Part shown: positions 18,583 to 29,014 of the stretch, piece after piece
Layout of the letters: each line of letters begins with the position of its first letter
How positions within the stretch are numbered: the stretch's first letter is position 1
Assembly: GCA_965223665.1 (NCBI GenBank)
Contig: OZ245011.1
Span: 2,560,001 to 2,624,000, forward strand
Direction of reading: 5' to 3'
DNA from: Nitrospinaceae bacterium
GTDB lineage: Bacteria; Nitrospinota; Nitrospinia; Nitrospinales; Nitrospinaceae
Length of the DNA stretch: 64,000 nucleotides
The notes under the pieces: generated by a model
The model's input: the letters and a program-made list of their open reading frames with translations, nothing else
Told to the model about the DNA's origin: nothing
Database searches by the model: none
Program-made: the position numbers and the translations under genes

Positions 18583-20277
18583 ATGAAAGCTGGTATTACT
18601 TTCCTAGGTATAATTTTAATAATAATTCCTCTTACTTTTTCTGATATTTTTGCAGATGGGGAGCGCGGTCTCAGAGTAATTTTGACTGACAAACCCAAAA
18701 ATAAAGTGTTCTATAAGGAAAGTCATGCATTAATAATCGGTGCAACCAATTATACGCAAGGTTGGCCTAGTTTTCCTAACATCGAAAACGAAATTAACAA
18801 GATAAAAGAAATTCTTTCAAAAATTGGATTTGATGTTGAAGTATTAATGGATCCCACAAAAAGCCAAATGGTTTCGTATATATCAGATTTTGCAGACCAC
18901 TTCGGTCAAGAGATTGATTCTCGCATATTTCTTTATTTTATTGGTCACGGATATTCTCACAAAAATTTCTTTTCTCAGAAAACCGGATTCTTTGTACCGG
19001 TTGATGCACCGAAACCGAATAAAGATTTAGACGGATTTATAAAAAAAGCCTTTTCTTTAAATGAACTAGAGTCTATTACCAGTGGAATTAAAGCAAAACA
19101 TATTTTGTATCTATTTAATAGTTCCTTTACTAATGCCAATATGTCTTCCACTCCTTTTTCACAAAATGAAATAACTTTGGAAACCAACCAAGCTTCCAGG
19201 CAAATAATAATTGCTGATACTAATAGTTTATTGGTTGGGAAAAAACATGGGTTGGGGGAAATGTTTGTTAATGCTCTAAAAGGAATGGGAGACTTCAACA
19301 AAGATGGAAAAATAACCGGAAGTGAATTAGCTAAATACTTTCGTGATTCAATAAAAGAGTATTCAAATGAGAACTGGGATATACAGTTTGGAAACTTCCA
19401 AAGTTTGGAGAATGCAAAAGGGGATTTTGTTTTTTCAAAAATCTCCTCAGAGTTATCAGAAGATAAATCTATTCACTCTTATGAAAATTCAGAAAAAGAT
19501 GAAAACACGGACGATTTTAAAACCGAGACCTCTATTGATGAAAAGAAGCGTATTGCTGAGGAGGAGAGAAGGATAAAAGAGATAAAGGAAAAGCTGAAAT
19601 TATCAAGTTTGGAACCCCAAAAAAAGATTCCTTTTGTAACCCAATCTACTCCCCCTGAAGGAATGGTATTTGTTCTAGGTTCCGAATACCTAGCCGGTTC
19701 TGAGAAAACAGGAAGTGACTCTGTACCTTTACGAAAAGTATTTATTCAGAGTTTCTACATTGATAAAACAGAGGTAACCCAAGAGAAATATAAAAAAATC
19801 ATGGGAAGAAATCCCTCAAGGTTTAAAGGAGAAAATCTTCCTGTGGAAAGAGTTAGTTGGTCAAAAGCCCGAAAGTATTGCCAAAAAATAGGTAAACGAC
19901 TTCCTACAGAGGCAGAATGGGAATATGCTGCGAGGGGAGGAGCTGGAAATAATTCACTCGGAGATTATTGGTTCAATGGAAATACTCAACATAGTCAACC
20001 AGTTGGGAAGAAGGAACCCAATTCAATTGGATTATACGATATGCTTGGGAATGTGTGGGAATGGACCCAAGACTGGTATGACAAAAATTACTATGAAACC
20101 AGATTGGATAATAACCCTCTTGGCCCTAAAAAAGGAACTAAAAAAGTTTTACGTGGTGGAGCATGGAATTCATCCTTGGATATGATTCATCCCTCTTATC
20201 GAAGTTACTACGATCCCAGATACAAGAGTGCGACTTTTGGTTTTCGATGTGCGAAAAGCTTAAAAAATAACCAGTGA
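18583..20277 (+). CDS. Secreted caspase-like (C14) domain + FGE/SUMF1 sulfatase-modifying domain protein
   Basis: Signal peptide; SHALIIG...YFIGHG; Cys site degenerate (LFNSSF); C-terminal RLPTEAEWEYAARGG, GLYDMLGNVWEW, GFRCA. Confidence 0.88.
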   Translation: MKAGITFLGIILIIIPLTFSDIFADGERGLRVILTDKPKNKVFYKESHALIIGATNYTQGWPSFPNIENEINKIKEILSKIGFDVEVLMDPTKSQMVSYISDFADHFGQEIDSRIFLYFIGHGYSHKNFFSQKTGFFVPVDAPKPNKDLDGFIKKAFSLNELESITSGIKAKHILYLFNSSFTNANMSSTPFSQNEITLETNQASRQIIIADTNSLLVGKKHGLGEMFVNALKGMGDFNKDGKITGSELAKYFRDSIKEYSNENWDIQFGNFQSLENAKGDFVFSKISSELSEDKSIHSYENSEKDENTDDFKTETSIDEKKRIAEEERRIKEIKEKLKLSSLEPQKKIPFVTQSTPPEGMVFVLGSEYLAGSEKTGSDSVPLRKVFIQSFYIDKTEVTQEKYKKIMGRNPSRFKGENLPVERVSWSKARKYCQKIGKRLPTEAEWEYAARGGAGNNSLGDYWFNGNTQHSQPVGKKEPNSIGLYDMLGNVWEWTQDWYDKNYYETRLDNNPLGPKKGTKKVLRGGAWNSSLDMIHPSYRSYYDPRYKSATFGFRCAKSLKNNQ

Positions 20278-20280
20278 TTT

Positions 20281-23200
20281 CTATTTAACCGCAATCACAA
20301 GGTTCCTCATTCCTGTGGGTATTACTGCGAAAGGATGCTGCGTACTGTCCAGTTCTGAATTTGGAATGGATTTCAATAAAATTCCTCGACTTTGCATAGC
20401 AGATAATACTTCAATATTTCGCTTAGGAACTTCTTTGTCTACATAATTTCTTAATGAAGTAAAAAATAATTTTCCATCTTTAAATCGAGCCTTACCTTTT
20501 ATCCCATCTATGATTGCCCGGGTGAAAACGCCGCCCTTTTCCGTTTCTAATCCAAGTTCCTGACGAGATGTTCCTGTATAAATAATAGAATTCACATCAT
20601 GAATATCTTTAGCTAATTTCTGAAGGTCTTTCGAGTTTTCACTAATCACTTCCCCAGCTTCGCAAGTATCAATAATTACCATGCGTCTGCCAAGGGTTTG
20701 ATCTAAGATTTTATGCAATTTTACCCAATCAAAGCTAGTCCCCGAAGTAGACACTTTTAACTGACTATTGGATTTTTTGATTTCAGAATCTGCTGTCAAA
20801 AAATGATAATTTCCCTTTTCGTCAGTTATCCCGTGACCCGCAAAAAAATAGATCGTAGTATCATTTGGTCCAATATTTTGTATCTGGTTCAATAAAAAGG
20901 TATCAATGTCTGAGGCTTTTATTAATTTCCCATCTTGATCAGTCAAAATATTCACAACAACATTTTTAAAAAGTTTTTTTCCTTTAATTTTAAAAAGTTG
21001 AGCCATATTGAAAGCATCCAGAGGAGGGGAATACAATTGTTGCTTCTCAGGTAAATTGGGATATTGACCTATCCCAATAGCATTAACATGCAAGGTACCT
21101 TCATTGTTTTCGTTTTTATCTTTTTTGTTATTTTTTACCCATCTTTGATCACCATTTTCTGCCCACAAATTTTCAACCAGAACCTTTATGTGGTTATTAC
21201 TTCTTGGAAGAAAAGTTTGAAAATGTAAAGTATCCCCAGGATTGACTCCAGAAAGATTTCTTTGCTCTTGGGGAAGGATTTGGAAACCATTTACATAAAT
21301 GGTTATCCGTTCGGGTACCGTAATCTTATTTTTCCCCAGTTTGATGTTTATATCTGTTTTCCCTGATTTGTCGGTCTGGATGGATGCAATTTTTACATTT
21401 ACCGGAGCTCGTTTGATTAACTCATCAACCGAAATTTTTTCCAGGCCGGCCTTTTTAATTGCCCGCGTTGAGGAACTTAAAGCAAGAGTATCTCTAATAA
21501 TATCAGGACGATAAAGAAATCGGCGAAATTGGGAAGCAGTGTAATAATCGGCTGGCTTATCATATCCTCTATTTACCCGCCAACCCACATAACGATCTCC
21601 TTTGGGAGAAGCATCATAAAACCCCTCAGGTGTCCAAGCAACCCACTCATCATCAAATCCATGAAAAATACTGAGAAGCAGGCTACCTGAAGATATATCC
21701 CAAATCTTTATTGTTTGATCCGCGGAGCCTGAAAATAGCCAGCGGTTATCAGGCGAAACCGATAAAGCCCAAACATCAGACGTATGACCAATAAAGTCAT
21801 TCACTTTTTTGCCATTTTCAATGTTGTAAGAAGTTAAAACACCGTGAGCACCCCCACTAATAATTAATTTCCCGTTGTGAGTTATGGTAACACTTCGGTG
21901 GTCAGAACCCGTAAACTGGTCTTTCTTTATCCTTTTATGAAAGACTCCCTTTTTATAAATGTTAAGAGTAGGATGAATATTTTTATTAGGTGTATCTATT
22001 GACCAGTTTTCTATTTTCTTAAAAGCCTGAAAATAATTTTTATCGTCTTGTATTAAAGAACCGACACCAAGATTAAAATCACCAGAGGGTTCCTGCAAAA
22101 TAAAACTTTTTAAGAGAGGAACATTGAACTTAAGGCAACTTTTTCCAGGACAAATTCTTTTTTTTCTCCAAGCAAGTCTCTTTCCCTCTTTTGAAATACC
22201 AATACCAAAAATTCCTTTTCCTTTTCCAACCAATTTTTTTATAACTTCTCCAGTAGATATGTCCCATAAATAAAATTCATGGTTTACTCCTCCACCTGTG
22301 AGAGCGATTTTTCCATTTGGAGAAATAGCTGTCGCTAATGTAATATTGTCATGTTTGCTAAAAAAAGATAGACGCTTCCCAGTTGGAATTTCAAAAACAT
22401 TGTTTATTGAGGTATCACCAGCAGCTCCAGTTAAAACTTTTTTCCCATCCGGAGAAATGGAAATATTTGCTACATCGGAACCCTGCACTCCTAAGATTTT
22501 TAAATATTTTCCAGTTAGGCCGTTCCATATTCGAATACTATTGTCCCGGCTTCCCGAAAGTATGTACTCCCCATTCGGAGTAAAAGCAACTGTATCAACA
22601 AAATCTATATGTCCTCTTAAGTTGGAAATTAGGTTGCCAGATGAAACATCCCATAGTTTTAACGTATTATCATGACTCCCTGTTACAACCATTGAGTCAT
22701 CCGGTGAAAAAGCGACTGCCGCAACTTTTCCTTTATGACCTTTCAATATATGTTTTGTTTTTCCAGTTTTTAGATTCCAAATTCTAGCAATATTATCAAA
22801 GCCTCCTGAGATCAAAAATTTACCACTATTTGAAAAAGCTAAGTCTAGAATAACGTTTGTATGCCCCTTTAATAATTTGATTATTTCACCAGTATGGAAA
22901 TCTATAATTCGAATATTTCCACATTGGCCGGGGCATTCATTGTGAAACCACCCTCCCAAAGCTAACAGATTATTATTGGGAGAAAGAGCCGCAGCGTATA
23001 TCATTCCTTCTGTTGCATTTCCAATTTGTCCCCTGAAAACTTTTGTGGTAATTCCTCTTTCAATATCTATCACACGGGCAGTTTTATCGTCAGAGATTGT
23101 AACCAAACTTTTACCATCTTTAGTAAAAAATGCATCTCTAATAATGGATGTATGACCTCCTGAATTAATTTCAAGAATAGGCTTTTCAAATGAATTTTTA

Positions 23201-23397
23201 GTATTACTAACCTTATTGAATGAAATATTAGTTCTATAGAATAATGGGGAGGTTAAGGATACGTTTTGAGGGGCAGCGTTTAACTTACTAGTGAAATGAG
23301 AAAAAAAAATAAAACAAATAGAAGTAATTATACTTAATATCAAATGCAATTTAGAAAGAGACCTGACAGGAAGGCCTATTTTGCATGTTTTTGACAT
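20281..23397 (-). CDS. WD40-repeat protein with C-terminal caspase-like (C14) domain
   Basis: Many GH...WD repeats; WVAWTPEGFYDAS linker; FFAGHG and IIDTCEAG His/Cys dyad; N-terminal hydrophobic segment. Confidence 0.9.
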   Translation of the reverse strand: MSKTCKIGLPVRSLSKLHLILSIITSICFIFFSHFTSKLNAAPQNVSLTSPLFYRTNISFNKVSNTKNSFEKPILEINSGGHTSIIRDAFFTKDGKSLVTISDDKTARVIDIERGITTKVFRGQIGNATEGMIYAAALSPNNNLLALGGWFHNECPGQCGNIRIIDFHTGEIIKLLKGHTNVILDLAFSNSGKFLISGGFDNIARIWNLKTGKTKHILKGHKGKVAAVAFSPDDSMVVTGSHDNTLKLWDVSSGNLISNLRGHIDFVDTVAFTPNGEYILSGSRDNSIRIWNGLTGKYLKILGVQGSDVANISISPDGKKVLTGAAGDTSINNVFEIPTGKRLSFFSKHDNITLATAISPNGKIALTGGGVNHEFYLWDISTGEVIKKLVGKGKGIFGIGISKEGKRLAWRKKRICPGKSCLKFNVPLLKSFILQEPSGDFNLGVGSLIQDDKNYFQAFKKIENWSIDTPNKNIHPTLNIYKKGVFHKRIKKDQFTGSDHRSVTITHNGKLIISGGAHGVLTSYNIENGKKVNDFIGHTSDVWALSVSPDNRWLFSGSADQTIKIWDISSGSLLLSIFHGFDDEWVAWTPEGFYDASPKGDRYVGWRVNRGYDKPADYYTASQFRRFLYRPDIIRDTLALSSSTRAIKKAGLEKISVDELIKRAPVNVKIASIQTDKSGKTDINIKLGKNKITVPERITIYVNGFQILPQEQRNLSGVNPGDTLHFQTFLPRSNNHIKVLVENLWAENGDQRWVKNNKKDKNENNEGTLHVNAIGIGQYPNLPEKQQLYSPPLDAFNMAQLFKIKGKKLFKNVVVNILTDQDGKLIKASDIDTFLLNQIQNIGPNDTTIYFFAGHGITDEKGNYHFLTADSEIKKSNSQLKVSTSGTSFDWVKLHKILDQTLGRRMVIIDTCEAGEVISENSKDLQKLAKDIHDVNSIIYTGTSRQELGLETEKGGVFTRAIIDGIKGKARFKDGKLFFTSLRNYVDKEVPKRNIEVLSAMQSRGILLKSIPNSELDSTQHPFAVIPTGMRNLVIAVK

Positions 23398-23486
23398 TTT
23401 TAGATCTTGTATTGACTAAAAAAATATTAATTTTTTTTTAAAAAGAAATACTTCGTATTCTAAATAATTATACAATGAAATTAAAT

Positions 23487-25670
23487 TTATTGATCACCTT
23501 GACAGGCTTGGTCTCCTTCAATACAGCCTCCGGCATCTAACTCCTCTGTTTCTTGTTCAAGTAGGACTATCATATCTGCCGGGTCAGTTTTCTCAGGTTG
23601 TCTTTCTTCACTTTTAGTTTTAGTAATTTGGCGAGTAGATTGAACCGCCTGTTCAGCGGGTTCATTAGTTGTCTGGCTGTCCACTCGGGCTTGGCATGCT
23701 GGTCCGCTGCAATTTCTACCTCCCCCTCCGGGATCCCGTTTATATCCTCTTGGTTGTCCTAAAAGCACAAGCTGACCGCCCTCTATCGAACGGTCTGGAC
23801 CCCTTGTATCCAAGGTAATATTGTCTAAAAAGGAAAGATCCCGAAATTTCCAATCTAACACTTGCCCTTCGGTAACGGAATTTTCATCTTCATCTACCAC
23901 AGTATCTAAATTTGATATTAGAATCCCAATATTCCCTCCTCTGGTTGTAATTCTATTGTTTGTTTCTTCAAATATAATTTCATTTGTTTCAAAAAGTACA
24001 GAGGGGGTTGGGTATTTCTGGTCCCCAGGCGTAATTCCTCCGTCAATACCGTCTATTAAAAATTTTTCACCATCTTTACGTAAGGTTTGTTTAAGATCCA
24101 AGATATTATCTGAAAGCCTTTCTAAAATTATTGCTTCATCTGCAATTAAATGAATGAATGTATCTTTTCCTATTCTTTCCAAGGCTTCCTCCGAAACAAC
24201 CTCTGTTCCTAGTTCCGCATTATCTCTACTGTCTGGAACCGGATCTGTTTGAAAACCACTAAGATCATTTTCGATGGATCCTCCATCAAATTCAGTTCTA
24301 CTATCTGAAAATATCGAGATTTCACCAATAGGTTTTTCCAAGAGTGGTCTTCCAAATTCCTCATCAGTGATTCTCAATATTCTTGGATCTAACAATAGAG
24401 CTCCAGCTGAGCCATTTGTAGAACCTGCATCTACAAATCCAGCAAAAGTGAGGTTTTCTTTTCCTGATACTTCTACCAATCCACCGTCGCCCGAAACTGA
24501 ACCACCTCGTGAATCAATATTTCCAAAATAACGTGTCGTTCCATCCGCCCAAAGAATGACCTTGCCACCGTCTCCGTTTTCCAAAGCAGATGCATCAATT
24601 ATTGTATTGGGCCCTACATAAGTTTGAGTAGCATTCGGTACCTCTCCCTTACCCTGGAAATCTCCTCCGACTAATGCAGTTCCTCCTCCAGATACTCCCG
24701 AAACATTTATAAATGCATATTGAAATAACCCTACCTTATCTCCCAACACATGAACCGTACCACCCATATCCCCTGATTCATTGCCAGATGCATCCAATTC
24801 GCCGGTTACAGCAGTAATTCCATTCTCTCCACCCATCAGCCAGATTTCCCCATTTTTCTCCTGGAGAGTATTTGCCCGGATTCGACCTGAATGATTCACC
24901 GTATTACGAATTACGGAACCTGCATCCAACGCTGAAAGTATTACTCTTCCACCATCTGCTTCAATTATTCCGGTATTTAATACTCTATTTTCAAGAATGT
25001 TACCTTGATCATCAAGAACATCCCCTTCCACTGCTTCAGATATTGCGAAGTTAATCAAACCATCACCCGCAAAATCAAGAGTAACCTCAGTACCTGAAGC
25101 CAAGGCCACAGACCCAAGGTTTGCCGTTATGGTCCCTTTGTTGTATACCGCCGGAGCAAGTAATCCTATTGTGGTTCCCTCAATATGCCCTTCATTAATA
25201 ATTGCAGACAAGGGATTATTTGGATCTTGAGAAAACAAATAATTTTGATTCAAAAAATCCTGGTCTGAAATATTCAATGTAGTTGCTACTAAGCCTCCGA
25301 CATTAATACGGGCATCTTGACCAAAAATAATTCCTGAGCGGTTCGTAAGAAAAACTTTTCCATTCGAGGATAAACTTCCCAAAATAGCACTGGGATTAGC
25401 CCCTACCACTCGATTGAGCGCAACAGCATTTGAATTGGGTTGAGAAAAATGAACAGACTCAGCTTTTCCAATACTGAAGGAATTCCAATTGGTTATCAGT
25501 TGTTGGGAGGATTGGTTAATCACCATACTCTTCGGATCAGGTTGGTGAATATTTCCTTGACCAGATGTGATTTGACCTCCTTGGGGAAGTGCAAAGGAAG
25601 AAAGAGGATTAGCAAAATAAAGGATAATTAGAAAGCTGAGAAAACTTTTCTTGAAAAATATTTTATTCAT
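23487..25670 (-). CDS. TpsA / filamentous haemagglutinin N-terminal (TPS) domain exoprotein
   Basis: Signal peptide then LPQGG...INQ...NWNSFSIG...LNRV.G...SNGKVFL.N..GIIFG; beta-helix G-rich repeats; GALLLDP. Confidence 0.9.
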   Translation of the reverse strand: MNKIFFKKSFLSFLIILYFANPLSSFALPQGGQITSGQGNIHQPDPKSMVINQSSQQLITNWNSFSIGKAESVHFSQPNSNAVALNRVVGANPSAILGSLSSNGKVFLTNRSGIIFGQDARINVGGLVATTLNISDQDFLNQNYLFSQDPNNPLSAIINEGHIEGTTIGLLAPAVYNKGTITANLGSVALASGTEVTLDFAGDGLINFAISEAVEGDVLDDQGNILENRVLNTGIIEADGGRVILSALDAGSVIRNTVNHSGRIRANTLQEKNGEIWLMGGENGITAVTGELDASGNESGDMGGTVHVLGDKVGLFQYAFINVSGVSGGGTALVGGDFQGKGEVPNATQTYVGPNTIIDASALENGDGGKVILWADGTTRYFGNIDSRGGSVSGDGGLVEVSGKENLTFAGFVDAGSTNGSAGALLLDPRILRITDEEFGRPLLEKPIGEISIFSDSRTEFDGGSIENDLSGFQTDPVPDSRDNAELGTEVVSEEALERIGKDTFIHLIADEAIILERLSDNILDLKQTLRKDGEKFLIDGIDGGITPGDQKYPTPSVLFETNEIIFEETNNRITTRGGNIGILISNLDTVVDEDENSVTEGQVLDWKFRDLSFLDNITLDTRGPDRSIEGGQLVLLGQPRGYKRDPGGGGRNCSGPACQARVDSQTTNEPAEQAVQSTRQITKTKSEERQPEKTDPADMIVLLEQETEELDAGGCIEGDQACQGDQ

Positions 25671-25713
25671 GACTCCCCCAAGTATAAAAATATCAAAAAA
25701 ATATCCTTTGAAA

Positions 25714-27477
25714 TTAAAAAGTCAAAATTCCATTTACAAGCCAAGTATGATCACTCCCATCAGAGGGCCTTGGTCCTGACAGAGGCTTACTGTAACTTAC
25801 GGCAAATGAAAAAGCCGGGATCCAAAACTCAGCTTTTAATTTTGGAATATTGATTTGCAAACCAAACCCATATCCAGAGATATATTCATCATTAGATTCC
25901 CCCGGCAAAGCATCAATAACAAAAACACCCCCGTAATCAATAAATCCAATAAAAGAAAAAATATCCTTTAATGACAAACCATTGATGCCCAAAGGTATAT
26001 CTACAGGGAACGGTAAAACATATTCAGCAGAAACTGCAAATCCATGGTCTCCTGAAAACTCTGCCAAGGGATACCCTCGAACTGTACCTACACCCCCAAT
26101 GGCAAATAAGTCCGGGGCCAGAACCCTAGAGCTTGCTATTTGCCCTGACCCTTTTAATATGAAATAACTATTTAATACATTTATATTTTGATACCGAGTT
26201 ATTACTGCATACCCAATGGTCGCATCATCATTTCCTCCTCGGTCTAAAGGAAGAAGATTACTCTCGTCAAAAACCGTTTGCTGACCTCTTAAATCAAAAA
26301 ACGTCCACCCTAAAAAATTATCTCGTATATTTCCCCTAATCGCTATAAAAGCATCCCCAATATCATCATCACTGGTTTTGATAGTATCAAACTGGAAGTT
26401 ATTATAAATTCTGTATTCAAATCCTCCGAATAAACCAATTTGAATTGATCGAGATCTGAATACAGGGATTCCCAATTCAATGTTAAATAAATTTGCATCC
26501 CCTCCTCCTCTTAATGCCGAAAGAGATTGTCCCAGTGTAAAATCTGAATAAGTGTAAGAAAACTTTAAAGAAAACCCGAGGCTATTAAAAAAATATAAAT
26601 AAGAGGCATTGATATAATTTAAATCCTCGTCGGTTTTGATTCCTCTAAAATAAATTTGATCTCCAAGACTCAAAAGGTTCGCAACTAAAGCCGACACACC
26701 AAATCTGTTTCCGCCTGTAAAACGGGATCCAAAATTATCACCGTCAATAGAAATAGAATAATTTTGGGTTTCAGTAATTTGAAGGACCAGATCGGAAGTG
26801 CCTGGAAGTTCTCCTGGACGTAAAGTGGATCGAACAGTAACGCCCATAAGATCATTTAATTGCAAAAGCAAACTTTCAAGATTTTGTTCCCTTAAAGGAG
26901 CTCCTCCCGTAAGTTTTTTTAGTCGGGCTCTGATATCATTAGAATCAATCTTGTTGTTACCCAATATTTCAATTTGATCTACCCTACCTTCTGCAATTAT
27001 AATTTTTACTAGACCATCTAATATTTTCTGTTGTGGAATATAGGCTTCAGATAGAATAAAACCTTCTTCACCATAGAAAGAAGTTATCTTATTCGCAATT
27101 TGATTCAATTCCTCTACAGTCATTTTCTTATTTGGAGAAACTTCTATAATCTCAGATAATTTTTGGTCACTAAAAACCGTATTGCCTTCAAAAATAATTT
27201 GTTTTACCAATACCGATGGACCTTTTAACCTTTCCGGTGCTTTGACTTTTGGTCCTTTCGTACCTGTATCCGGTATTGAAATTTCTGGTTGTTTTTTTTC
27301 GGGAGGTCGAACCGTGGGTTGAGATTTTCGAAGGGATCTATCAATAACACCTGATTTACCAGCATCAGGAACTTGGGAAAGGGAAAAGTCTACAAAACCT
27401 AGAATTATTACAAAAGAAAGAAAAAACCCAACAAAAACAGGTCGAACAGTTAGAATTAGCATAGTGAAGATCACCAA
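25714..27477 (-). CDS. TpsB (ShlB/FhaC/HecB family) transporter
   Basis: POTRA (FEGNTVFS...YGEEGFILSEAYIPQQ...EG), DNFGSRFTG, GG..TVRGY motif, C-terminal Phe. Confidence 0.92.
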   Translation of the reverse strand: MVIFTMLILTVRPVFVGFFLSFVIILGFVDFSLSQVPDAGKSGVIDRSLRKSQPTVRPPEKKQPEISIPDTGTKGPKVKAPERLKGPSVLVKQIIFEGNTVFSDQKLSEIIEVSPNKKMTVEELNQIANKITSFYGEEGFILSEAYIPQQKILDGLVKIIIAEGRVDQIEILGNNKIDSNDIRARLKKLTGGAPLREQNLESLLLQLNDLMGVTVRSTLRPGELPGTSDLVLQITETQNYSISIDGDNFGSRFTGGNRFGVSALVANLLSLGDQIYFRGIKTDEDLNYINASYLYFFNSLGFSLKFSYTYSDFTLGQSLSALRGGGDANLFNIELGIPVFRSRSIQIGLFGGFEYRIYNNFQFDTIKTSDDDIGDAFIAIRGNIRDNFLGWTFFDLRGQQTVFDESNLLPLDRGGNDDATIGYAVITRYQNINVLNSYFILKGSGQIASSRVLAPDLFAIGGVGTVRGYPLAEFSGDHGFAVSAEYVLPFPVDIPLGINGLSLKDIFSFIGFIDYGGVFVIDALPGESNDEYISGYGFGLQINIPKLKAEFWIPAFSFAVSYSKPLSGPRPSDGSDHTWLVNGILTF

Positions 27478-27773
27478 GAAGAATTCAGGTTAAGCGCATT
27501 GTTACTTTGATATTTTAATTGCTGTTTTTTAGGGTGATCTTGCTATTTCATGTCTAAAAAGTCAACTGTTTTTTTTCCGAAAATGATTGGTTAGTTTACA
27601 AAATATTCTTAAAGCAGGTGGGCGAGAAAAAGGAAAGAAAATGAGAGTAAATATAATCAATTTACAAAAATCCAAGCAAATTAATTAAACTAAAGTTAAA
27701 ATAAACCCTATATTTTCCAAAATTTACTTTACATCCAACTATGACTGCAAAAACTACAAAAATTGGTTATTTT

Positions 27774-28817
27774 TTAAGGAACGGTTTCGAATCTCCAGCT
27801 ACTTTTATAAAATTCAACGGGTTGTGACGAATCAGAACCAAGCAGTTTAACACCACGAGAAACCAGTTTGTCATATTTGACTTTTGTTCCTTTGAATTGA
27901 TTTAATCCAGAACCTATTGGAATTAAATCTGTCGTCCCTAATTGAGTTTCACTGGCAAATACGGTTACCGTGTCAATTCCAAAAGGTGGAGAAGATTCTA
28001 TTTCAAACTTATCTCCCTTGAGTTTGTCGGGTATCTCGTAAATCTGCCCTCTCTTAAAAAAATTATTGGTTCTTGCCTTATTAGGAAGCAGTTGAATAAC
28101 ATTACCATCTAAATCTGTATCAATTATATTTGCGAAAAAATCATGATTGCCCTGTAAATAAATAATTATCTTCTCCCCTTCTTTATATTGTTTCTTTTCG
28201 GTCCATACCCTCACGGTGAGAGGAGACCCCTTTTCTTTTAATAAATTTGATAAACTTTTGGGTTGAAAAGTCTGCACTTTTTTAACATTTGAACCAACTT
28301 TTCCTTTATCAAATTGCTCCTGATTATTGGCAAGATAGTTTTTCTCGGAAGCATTAATTTTAGAACTGGAGTTTGAGAGTTCAAGAATATATTCAATTTT
28401 TGCATTTATTCGGACATGGTATTTTGAGGTCTTTTTATCAAAACCATCATCAATCCGCTCTAATAAAGTTACATAGTTTCCATCTTTATTTTTGACAAGG
28501 TGAAAATCAAAGTATTTATTTTTTAATTTTGTCTTTGACATGATTATATTCTTTGAATTCTCAACAGCTTTAAGTTTAGCATCTTGTAATGCCTTTTCCC
28601 TAGCTACTTCCAAAGATTCATTTGGGCCTACATAATAATAACCATTGCTTTGCCGAATTACTGAGCGGGTTTCTTCCTGTGGGACAATTTCTAATCCACG
28701 AAATTGCTGTGACGATGCATTAGATGCGTTAACCATGCAAAGAATATAAATAGCAATCATAAATTTGCCCATAGCTAACAAAAAATGATTTTGAAACATG
28801 TTTTCCTCAATATTCAT
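27774..28817 (-). CDS. Exported DUF4384-domain protein
   Basis: VWTEKKQYKEGEKI...DG.VIQLLPN...YEIP....FEI..PFG.D.V.VFAS; N-terminal AREKALQDAK.KAVE (LPP20/FlgT-N-like helix). Confidence 0.75.
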   Translation of the reverse strand: MNIEENMFQNHFLLAMGKFMIAIYILCMVNASNASSQQFRGLEIVPQEETRSVIRQSNGYYYVGPNESLEVAREKALQDAKLKAVENSKNIIMSKTKLKNKYFDFHLVKNKDGNYVTLLERIDDGFDKKTSKYHVRINAKIEYILELSNSSSKINASEKNYLANNQEQFDKGKVGSNVKKVQTFQPKSLSNLLKEKGSPLTVRVWTEKKQYKEGEKIIIYLQGNHDFFANIIDTDLDGNVIQLLPNKARTNNFFKRGQIYEIPDKLKGDKFEIESSPPFGIDTVTVFASETQLGTTDLIPIGSGLNQFKGTKVKYDKLVSRGVKLLGSDSSQPVEFYKSSWRFETVP

Positions 28818-29014
28818 AACAACCTCTAAATGAAAAAAATCTTATCGAGAAAGTTTAAACTAAAATGAATTTTTATCTGTTTCAGGAAGGAAAAACGAGT
28901 GAAAAAAATATTTAAATAAAAGAAAGTATTAAATTTCTTTTCCCAATTTTAAAAATAAACAAATTTTAAAATGAAACTTTCCAAAATAAAATAATTTGGG
29001 GATCTGGAATTTCT

